Source of the DNA: Sanchytrium tribonematis
Lineage: Eukaryota
Reading direction: 5' to 3'
Assembly: GCA_018985235.1 (NCBI GenBank)
Contig: JADGIG010000025.1
Coordinates: forward strand, 1-40,862
Length of the DNA: 40,862 nucleotides
Below the pieces are notes generated by a model. It was not told the origin of the DNA and ran no database searches. It worked only from the letters and a program-made list of their open reading frames with translations. Below are positions 28,919 to 37,338 of this stretch, piece by piece; positions within the stretch are counted from its first letter, which is position 1; each line of letters begins with the position of its first letter. The position numbers were made by a program, and so were the translations under genes.

Positions 28919-31607
28919 TTACATCATAGTGGAAGAGGGTCTTTTGTTTATTTTCAAGCTCTTGTCGCTTAGGTTTCTCTCATTTTTGGGATCTGGAACT
29001 CTCTGAAGGGAATTGAAAGCACTAAAATCATCTGTCGAAGCATCTAATATCTCTGGTTCTATGCCTTTTTCAAAAAACGCCACACTTATCTCTGGATTTA
29101 TCATTTGACTCTGTTTGATTCTCCCATCATTTGGGTCAATATCAATGGAAGCACTAATTGTTGACAGGGCTCTAGAACCACTTATCATGTCAGGGTCGTC
29201 TAATACTTCACTTAATCTTTTAATAGATGCTAATTCCTTGTCGATCTTTTCTGGTTCAATTTCAGTCGAAAGTCTAGATTTCTTGGGTGAAACCTTATCT
29301 TGAAGTTGCTTGTCGATAGAATTTAGACTTGTTGACGCATGATTTTCGTCCTTGATCTTGTCTTTCGGCCTTAACTTGCTAGCAGACTCAGATGATTCAA
29401 GCTTAGGGATCTTCTTTTCATCTTTTTTTATTTCATCTGGGAATGGTTTGGACTTTTTTGAGGTATCCCCCTTAGAAGGCGATTTTTTCATTTCGTAATT
29501 TTCTGCTGCTTTTTTGACGGAAGATTTCTTGATGTCAGACTCATCACTCACCGAACTATCTGCAAATGAAATAGATTTAGGACGATCATTCAAATTATCA
29601 AGTTTAAGCTTGTTTGATTTACCAGTCGAATTTTTGGGCTCAAGCTTCAAATCAGCAAATTTCTCTTTTGTATCAGTAAATTTCAAATTGTGTGCTGAGC
29701 CGTGCTGTGGCTGTTCTTTGTCCTTTCGAACATCTTTCTCAAGCTTTGCGGTTTCTTCTTTGCTAAATGCGATTTTCTGTATTCTTTCTAGTTGTTCTTG
29801 CTGCTGAATACTTAATGACTGTTTGTCCCCGGCTTGTGGTTGTTTTACACTCTGGCTTCGCCTAACACTGCCTTTATTGGCAACTCGATCCTTTTGGCCT
29901 TCAAAGACTTGGGAGTCATCGCTAGTCTCAGATTGCTTGCGAGGATAATTATACTGTTTTTGCTCGATTTCTATAGGAGGTGGGATGGTTTCTCTTCTCG
30001 GGTTTATTTCATAATAAGAACTGCGAGCATTATTTAGTCTTTCAGAAGAAGTTCTTTCTGCTTGCACATAGCTGCTGTAGTACGGATCTGCTTTTTTATA
30101 TGCATCAAATTGTGGGTGTTCATAATTTTCTCTAAAATGACCGCCAGAATATGGATCACGTCTGTAAGAATCATAAAAATTATTTCTAGGGTCAGCCGAG
30201 CCATACTGGTCTCTAGCAAACCTAGGATCATTTAAGGGAAACTGGGGCTCTCTATTTCTAGGATCATTTGGACCAAACTGTTCTCTGACAATTCGTGTAT
30301 CTGTTCTCCCATCTTCTCTGTTACGAGGATCTTGATAGCGAGGATCATTTCTCGGATCACCAATTTGAAATTCTCTAGCAACCCTAGGATCAGTCCTTGG
30401 TTCAGAAGGAGAATATGGATCTCGAAGTGCTCTAGGGTCATTTCCAGGAGGAACAAACGAGGAATATCTAGGATCTTGAGGATATGGTCTCGCTTGTGGC
30501 AAATTTGCAAATCGGGGGTCTCTGGATAATTCCTTTCCGTCTTTCGAAAATCTCGAGTCGCTACCGATTGTGGAATAGCGATTCTCGCTATTGAATCTAC
30601 CTTCACTATTGCCACTGAAACGAGATTCATCGTATGGCAACCTGTTATCAAAATCCATTCTCAATCGTGGATCATCCCTTGCAAATCTCGGGTCCATTTC
30701 CGGTGGGTATTCGTATCGCATGTTTCGCATTCTGTAATATTCTTCGCTGGACATCTGAGGGTAATCGTAATAGTACATCGGTGGAACAGGGTAGCCATAC
30801 ATATCGTACATTGGCATTCTTGGAGGGAACATTTGCTGATAATTTGTTCCACTATAGTCACTATAATAGTCAGGAAAATCATTTGGACGAGGTGGATATC
30901 TGTTTTTAGCAGGGTCAAAAGTTTGGCTTCTCAACCTTTCGTCATCTTTGTGATTATTTGCATCAGGGTCTTGGCCATTTTTATTCAAATCATTCATAGA
31001 TTTCATGGATGGTGCTTTGGTAACTTTAACCTCTTCATCTTCGCGTTTTTTGGAGCTTTCCTTGGATGTATTTGATCTGAGAATGCCTTTTTTCTTCTTT
31101 TCTTTTTCTTCTGGTTTTTTATCAGATAATGATGTAGTGGATCGTTTAACTACAGACGAGGGAGAGGCTAATGACGGGGATTCTGAAAGTGGAATTGTTG
31201 GTTGCACAGTTTCTCTATCTTTTTGGGATGGAGACAGTGGCGACTTAGCATAATTATCAGCAAGAATTAAATCAATAGCAGTTATCCACTCAAGAAGCTG
31301 CTCTTCGCTGGAAGCTGCAACATCCAGGGTACCTTGTTGTGTGACAATAACAAACCTGAATTTTTGAACTTCGTCCTCGACGCGTTTTGTTCCAATGATA
31401 CCACTAGAATTACTATGTTAGTGTAAATTACCATGACCACTGAGTAGTTGTAGATTGATACATTAATTTTTCGTCAGTTAACTTGAAAAAATACAACTTC
31501 CACTTATCCTCATATAGTTTATATAAATATCCACTTGTTTCTGCATCTTTTTGTGTCTTTAATTGATTAACTTGATTATAAAGTTTAGCTTTGACTTTTT
31601 TAAACAT
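28919..31607 (-). CDS. PH-domain protein with a long disordered, DPR-repeat tail (exons 31607-31432 and 31412-28919; 889 aa)
   Basis: Exon 1 MFKKVK...SGYLYKLYEDKWKLYFFKLTDEKLMY joined to ...FRFVIVTQQGTLDVAASSEEQLLEWITAIDLIL forms a complete PH domain in frame with the 762-aa track ORF. Confidence 0.85.
30170..30700 (-). repeat. About a dozen Asp-Pro-Arg (DPR) peptide repeats
   Basis: DPRF, DPRL, DPRY, DPRA, DPRV and DPRN recur in a Tyr/Arg/Pro-rich low-complexity region. Confidence 0.75.
31413..31431 (-). other. 19-nt spliceosomal intron (phase 2)
   Basis: GTAATTTACACTAACATAG on the minus strand, with a CTAAC branch site; removal completes the PH domain. Confidence 0.9.
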
Positions 31608-31729
31608 TTACAAATAAAGTGGGTAACAAAATCGCGATTTTTACTTATACTGCATTGGCCGCTTCAATATTCAATTACAGCAATATATATTGTTTTCAAA
31701 GTAGAATAAAGGAGTAATTTTGAAAACAC

Positions 31730-32185
31730 ATGCTATCTCGATTTTCAAGATTTGCAACAACCAACGCAGCTGCAGAAGTATCAGGATTAAAATTGTATTT
31801 TGCATCCCCGGGAGGTGCGCCTTACGTAGATAAGGTTGTTAAGCAAGTCAATTTACCAGGATCGTCAGGAGATTTGGGAATATTGGCAGACCACGTCCCA
31901 ATTATGGAGCAATTAAAGGCAGGTACTGTCGATATCATAGACGATGCCAAAACAGACAAATATTTTATTGCCGGTGGATTTGCATTTATGCACTCTAATT
32001 CAAAATTGAATGTTGTAGCTAGTGAAGCCTTTAAATTGGAGGATTTGGAGCTTTCTACAGCAGAGAAGTGTCTGGTTGACGCGAGAAAAAAAAGCGAGTC
32101 TAATGAAATTGATGAATCAACCACAGGAAAAGTTCATGTAGAAGTTCTTGAAAGTCTAGTAGCTGCACTAAAAGATAAAAAGTAA
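31730..32185 (+). CDS. ATP16: Mitochondrial F1 ATP synthase delta subunit
   Basis: Presequence MLSRFSRF; VKQVNLPGSSGDLGILADHVPIMEQLKAG; KYFIAGGFA. Confidence 0.95.
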   Translation: MLSRFSRFATTNAAAEVSGLKLYFASPGGAPYVDKVVKQVNLPGSSGDLGILADHVPIMEQLKAGTVDIIDDAKTDKYFIAGGFAFMHSNSKLNVVASEAFKLEDLELSTAEKCLVDARKKSESNEIDESTTGKVHVEVLESLVAALKDKK

Positions 32186-32249
32186 ATCTCAAGTCCCCAC
32201 TGTTATAATTTTTAATTGTTTTTAGGCCACAAAATAAGTATCAATTAAC

Positions 32250-32807
32250 ATGAAGGCAGTTCAAATACGCCGAGTGGATAAACAAGGCTATCATAAAACT
32301 CAGTATTTCCCCGATGGAAGCAGGTATAAGGGAAATTGGAGCAGCAATACATTTGAAGGACAAGGAATCTTAGAAAAAAATCAAATATCCTCAAATTTGA
32401 AATATGTAGGAAATTTTCATGAAGGGAAATTTCATGGCACTGGCACACTTTATGAGAATAGTACGACCAAATATGCGGGTTCCTTTCAGAATGGCTCTTT
32501 TCATGGTAATGGAACCTACTTTGGACCGAATTACACATTCGCAGGAGAATTTGTTGCAGGCAAAAGACAAGGCTCAGGAATTTTGATCTCGGAAAATTAC
32601 TCTTATGATGGTCAGTGGTATAATGACAGGAGGAATGGAAAGGGAATCGAGAAAGTTAACACAAATCAGTATATTGGTGATTTTACAAATGACCAAAGGC
32701 ATGGTGTTGGAGAATTGACAACTCCCACGAGACAATTTAAAGGAACTTTTTTTGAGGGAAGCCCGCAAGTAGGAGAGTGGTTCCAGATTCAAAGCCAGCT
32801 TAAGTAA
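32250..32807 (+). CDS. MORN-repeat protein
   Basis: Repeated Y.G.(W/F).....HG.G motifs, about 7 copies. Confidence 0.9.
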   Translation: MKAVQIRRVDKQGYHKTQYFPDGSRYKGNWSSNTFEGQGILEKNQISSNLKYVGNFHEGKFHGTGTLYENSTTKYAGSFQNGSFHGNGTYFGPNYTFAGEFVAGKRQGSGILISENYSYDGQWYNDRRNGKGIEKVNTNQYIGDFTNDQRHGVGELTTPTRQFKGTFFEGSPQVGEWFQIQSQLK

Positions 32808-32859
32808 ATAAATTTTCGTTCTGACACACTTTGAAGATTTGCATTTTGAAACTTCATTT

Positions 32860-34713
32860 ATGTTGGCAATTTTGCTCTTCGTTATTGCTAAAACATTCTC
32901 AGATATTAAATGTTACTATCACGATTTGAGAAAAAGATCGGATACGATTGACATTGAAAGATCAGATTTTATGATTGAATTAACAGTTGAAGCACTGGAT
33001 GGAATTTTAAATAGTAGGTCATCAACATTATATATTATTGAAGCATACGCACCATGGTGTCCACACTGCCAGAAGTTTGGCCCTATAATAAGTGAAGTTG
33101 CTGACAAATTACACAAAGAATTTAAACCACAAGAAATTCAAATGTCTAGATTAAATTGCGACAAATTTTCTGGTGCATGTGACAAACTTAAAGTCAAAGG
33201 CTTTCCATCTGTGTACTCATATTACCATGGATCAAAAAAAGCGGAATTTGATGGTGATAGGGAAATTGGAGATCCCATTTATAAATGGATTCATAATCAA
33301 TTTACAAACATCCACGAAAGAAAGGAAACTAGCGCTAAAGCAGATGGTAGTATGTTTTCCAAAATTTACTTGGAGAGTAAAATTAAAAAAAATACTTCCA
33401 CTTTTCCCGTCAAATTAGAAGAGGTAGACAAAATTTCTCAACTTGGTTCAGATCCATGGCTTCTATTCAATGGAAAAAAGCCTGACATTCTAGAAAAAAT
33501 TTCAGCAAGATTTAATGGATTGTTGCGAATCGGTCATGGTGATCTCACTGGATTTGCACCAAAAAGAAAAAACGGATATTTTTTATTTTTCCTTAAAACT
33601 GGAAATTCACAAACTCTAATTCCACATGACAGCCATATAAATACAATAGATGAGATCTACCTTTTTGGCATAAAATCGCTCCTTCTTAATTATATATATG
33701 ACCCTGAAGCTCTAAAAAAATCTGGATTCGAAATGGATGAGATTAGTCATGAATTTAACTCTATATTTTTTCCTTTCGTTGAAGATATAAAAGAACAAAA
33801 TTACATGTTCTTGCATCTCGATCTGAAGACATTATCCTTGGAAAATTTACTGAGAATTTTGTCGGCTCTCAGTGAAGAATTAGATACATATGATTTTTAT
33901 CCTGTAGGCATATCCGTACAAAGACCAACACAAGGCCATAGAATTAAATTTTACTTGAGCCATGACAATGTACACGCAAATAATTACCTACAATCTGAAA
34001 AAATGAAGAAAATCTCTAATAGTGAGAGCAAAGATGTTCAAAGTTTTGTACTCTGCAATGTAAAAATACCATACAAACTAGGTTCAGAAGACTACATACG
34101 TTGCATGAAAGAGGTTGATACAGAAAAAATAAGATCTTTTGTAAAACATCACAAAGTTTTTGACATATCTGAGATCACTCCACTAAATGTAAAATCAGTC
34201 TTCAGTGCAAAAACACCACAGATTGTAGCTCTTGTTGATCCTTATTTACATACGAAATTCACATCTAACCTTCATGGCATAGTTGCTAAAACAAGAGTCG
34301 AATCTACTGAAACTTTAAAAAAAATATTTACATTAGATGCATGGTTTTTTAAAGAGTATGTATCCACGGCTTTTAATATCGATTTTAATGAAGAAAAGTT
34401 GCCTTTGGTAGTATTGGTTAAAGATGGCAAATATTATCGGTCAGATTCTAATCTTAAAGAATACAATGACTTTGAAAAGGCGTATGATTATTTTACTACT
34501 CTGATAGACAAATCTGGTTTCCATGATTTTGTAGATATGCACACAAAAAGAACAATTACGACAAGTTCTGCATTTTTGAGTGAAAATATTGAAAAAAGAC
34601 CCACAAATTTCTACCTTGTGGTATTGGTAGTCATTTTAATCATTGCATTTGCCTTAAGGTATTTCACCAAAAGCAGCTACTCGTTATTGCCATCTCATAA
34701 TAAATTTGCATAA
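32860..34713 (+). CDS. ER membrane thioredoxin/PDI-family protein (Eps1/TMX-like)
   Basis: Signal peptide MLAILLFVIA, YAPWCPHCQKF active site, GFPSV cis-Pro loop and C-terminal TM segment FYLVVLVVILIIAFAL. Confidence 0.8.
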   Translation: MLAILLFVIAKTFSDIKCYYHDLRKRSDTIDIERSDFMIELTVEALDGILNSRSSTLYIIEAYAPWCPHCQKFGPIISEVADKLHKEFKPQEIQMSRLNCDKFSGACDKLKVKGFPSVYSYYHGSKKAEFDGDREIGDPIYKWIHNQFTNIHERKETSAKADGSMFSKIYLESKIKKNTSTFPVKLEEVDKISQLGSDPWLLFNGKKPDILEKISARFNGLLRIGHGDLTGFAPKRKNGYFLFFLKTGNSQTLIPHDSHINTIDEIYLFGIKSLLLNYIYDPEALKKSGFEMDEISHEFNSIFFPFVEDIKEQNYMFLHLDLKTLSLENLLRILSALSEELDTYDFYPVGISVQRPTQGHRIKFYLSHDNVHANNYLQSEKMKKISNSESKDVQSFVLCNVKIPYKLGSEDYIRCMKEVDTEKIRSFVKHHKVFDISEITPLNVKSVFSAKTPQIVALVDPYLHTKFTSNLHGIVAKTRVESTETLKKIFTLDAWFFKEYVSTAFNIDFNEEKLPLVVLVKDGKYYRSDSNLKEYNDFEKAYDYFTTLIDKSGFHDFVDMHTKRTITTSSAFLSENIEKRPTNFYLVVLVVILIIAFALRYFTKSSYSLLPSHNKFA

Positions 34714-34738
34714 TATCCTAAATAGATTTCCCCTTTTA

Positions 34739-35884
34739 ATGTACTTTCTTTCAATTTGCGCACAAATTATTTTTCATTGTACAGATGATAGAATCCAACA
34801 AAATTTAGATACTGCCAAGAATTTATTTGAAAATACGCTAATTATTAATAGAGAAATTCATGTATTTGTAAATTTGATTGACCTTGGAATCTCTTTAAAT
34901 AATAACATGAATTATGGCTATGCTACTCCATCTTTTGTGATAGGTAGTTTTCAAAATATGACTATATCACTGACTGTTCCACATTACCTACTGACCTCAG
35001 CCAGTTCTATTTATTTTGACGAAGCATTCAAAATTGACATTGAGGAAAAATATATTCAGGAAGATATATTGGATTATATCATTGTACACGAACTGTTCCA
35101 TGGTTTCGGATTCGAATCTACCTTGACTAATGAATTTTCAGGATCAGCTGGACAAACATTAAGCGATAATGAGTTGGTATTTTTGCCACCAACATTTTGG
35201 GATATTTTATTAAATAAGAACGGGATTTCTTTAAAGAATCATTTTTTTAAGCCTTTGGATGGTCTTTGTTGGAGCAGTCACATAAACCCAATGCATAAAA
35301 AATCCAAGGACGAGATATATGGTAGAGTTGGAAGTTTTTTGCATAAAAAGAACACTGATGGAAGTCTCGAAAATATGGATATTGGTCCATTTATGAGCGA
35401 TAATTACACAATACGATTTGGCGACCAAGGGAAAAATGTTTACGTGCTTGATGGATTTGTTGACAAATTTATAACTGGCTTACGTGCAGGGGCTGGCTTT
35501 TGTCATATAGATTCCGGAATCATGCATATTAAGTCAAACGATTCCTCCCCGAGTGATAAAGGTATTTATGATTACCTTAAGAATGATCCAGCTTGGGATA
35601 TTTTGTGTTGGATGGGATATCAATTTAGAAATAGAACATGCCCAAAGATCATTTTTGAATCAAAATTTGTTAAAGCAAGTGAAATAGATCCAAAAGAAGT
35701 GTGTAGTCAATATCTAGATTTGGACCTTTACGAAACTGAAGTTAAATATTGGGTATCGCTAAGAATTGCAATCCTTCTTGCTGTGGGTCTTGTGGCACTT
35801 ATTATTTTATGGTTTTTGGCCAAACAAATATATAGATTCTTCCGTCCAAAAACAAGCAGGCCAAAGTTGAAAGTTTTCACCTGA
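34739..35884 (+). CDS. Membrane-anchored zinc metallopeptidase (HExxH, metzincin-like)
   Basis: IIVHELFHGFGF, a distal HIDSGIM (possible third ligand and Met-turn) and a C-terminal TM segment. The ATG at 34739 is preceded by CCCCT. Confidence 0.7.
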   Translation: MYFLSICAQIIFHCTDDRIQQNLDTAKNLFENTLIINREIHVFVNLIDLGISLNNNMNYGYATPSFVIGSFQNMTISLTVPHYLLTSASSIYFDEAFKIDIEEKYIQEDILDYIIVHELFHGFGFESTLTNEFSGSAGQTLSDNELVFLPPTFWDILLNKNGISLKNHFFKPLDGLCWSSHINPMHKKSKDEIYGRVGSFLHKKNTDGSLENMDIGPFMSDNYTIRFGDQGKNVYVLDGFVDKFITGLRAGAGFCHIDSGIMHIKSNDSSPSDKGIYDYLKNDPAWDILCWMGYQFRNRTCPKIIFESKFVKASEIDPKEVCSQYLDLDLYETEVKYWVSLRIAILLAVGLVALIILWFLAKQIYRFFRPKTSRPKLKVFT

Positions 35885-35910
35885 TACCTTGAAAAATCTG
35901 AAACTTTTGG

Positions 35911-37269
35911 ATGCCTAAAACAAAAAGGAAAAATAACGAGTTGCTTCATAAAATCGAGGACAATTTAAATACACCCCAGCAACAGGATCACATAAAGATG
36001 TTACTTGAAGACAATAATTATGATATTGAGCTTGTGAAATCAATTTTAATGAAAGAAATAAGTGTGAAAGGGCATACTAAAAATTCACTAAAAAATAATT
36101 TCTTTGATATTAAGAATCAAGTTGATATAAAATTCGTCTCTAGTAAGTTTTCCTACGAGTGCTTTGTAGTCTTCGGCAATCAAGTTTCTAAACTTAAACG
36201 AGGCGAGCACTTTACATTTAAAAAATCAAAATTAGAACAAATATTTGCAATTGTTTTTAAAAATAATGAGGTTAGTTCTGGCTTGTTGTCAGAGATGGTC
36301 GATTGCAGAAACGTCAATAATATTTCCATTGATGTTCTTAAGTTTGAAATTCGAGGTTCTTTGCCGAAATATCAATATCCAAGAATGCCTGATATAAAGT
36401 TACAATCTTTAATTTCAAATCTTGCGATAGAAGAAGAAATCTTTGTAAAAACTGATACAGCGGAACTTGTGCTATTATGTGATTTGGTGAGGCCAAATTT
36501 TAATTTTAATTTGAAGTCCATTGAAGAAGCTATCAAGATTACGAATTCTCTTCAAAACAAACAATCCAAAGGCTGTTCCATATTTTCCATCTTCTTTACC
36601 GGTAAGGCCTCTCCGATTGAAAAGAGTTGTTTTTTAACTAGCTGTTTTATCAATTTAGGTATAGATGCTTATGTTGGGTTCAACAGGACATATTTTATTA
36701 TTCTGAGAGGTGAACCCGATGTTTTTCTAGATTTTTCGGGCAAAAATATCAAAGTTGACAATGTTAAATTTGTTTTTAATGACAAACATTTATGTATCAA
36801 TATACAAAACAGCCCAAAATTCGACTTTGATAATCCCTTAAGATGGTTTAAATATGTCCCAGAAAAGCATATATATCCTTCTATGACGCATTTTATACCT
36901 CCGTCGGCAAATACCGCTGAAATTGAAAATATTTGGACACATCATATTTCACGAATTATTATGGACAAACATAGTTCGATTATTTCTCTTGAGCTAGACA
37001 ATCTATTAGGAACACTCCTGGAGTCATTGGAAGACCAGCGGGATATTACCAAATTTTCGAATTTTATTAAAGGTAAAATCCCACCAGACACAAAATTCTA
37101 CGGGATTCATCATTCATTTGAAAATGAAATATCGCAAACTTATGAATGGCTAATTTCAAATCACGATGTACAGCAGCTTTACAATTGCCATCAAATTTTC
37201 ATTAAAGTGAAAGCGTTCAATTATGTTGGAAATTGTGTCAAAATCAGAGTGTTTCTAGGAGGAATGTAA
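35911..37269 (+). CDS. CEP76-like centriolar protein, divergent
   Basis: FLTSCFINLGIDAYVG, VFNDKHLCINIQ, FDFDNPLRW, IPPDTKFYG and KVKAFNYVGNCVKIRVFL align by eye with the CEP76 transglutaminase-like and C-terminal regions. Confidence 0.6.
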   Translation: MPKTKRKNNELLHKIEDNLNTPQQQDHIKMLLEDNNYDIELVKSILMKEISVKGHTKNSLKNNFFDIKNQVDIKFVSSKFSYECFVVFGNQVSKLKRGEHFTFKKSKLEQIFAIVFKNNEVSSGLLSEMVDCRNVNNISIDVLKFEIRGSLPKYQYPRMPDIKLQSLISNLAIEEEIFVKTDTAELVLLCDLVRPNFNFNLKSIEEAIKITNSLQNKQSKGCSIFSIFFTGKASPIEKSCFLTSCFINLGIDAYVGFNRTYFIILRGEPDVFLDFSGKNIKVDNVKFVFNDKHLCINIQNSPKFDFDNPLRWFKYVPEKHIYPSMTHFIPPSANTAEIENIWTHHISRIIMDKHSSIISLELDNLLGTLLESLEDQRDITKFSNFIKGKIPPDTKFYGIHHSFENEISQTYEWLISNHDVQQLYNCHQIFIKVKAFNYVGNCVKIRVFLGGM

Positions 37270-37338
37270 TATAAGTCATCAATTAAGACCAGTCGATTAT
37301 GATCAATTCGTTGACCATTTTCTTGAAATAAACTCCTT

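Noticed and set aside
30170..30700. Recurrent GGATC/CTAGG words as a CRISPR-like or satellite array
   Set aside because: They are codons for DPR peptide repeats, with no fixed-length repeat-spacer structure.
34706..34738. Apparent overlap between the thioredoxin-family gene and the metallopeptidase ORF
   Set aside because: It is an artifact of a TTG start in the track. The ATG at 34739 has a CCCCT motif and a hydrophobic leader.
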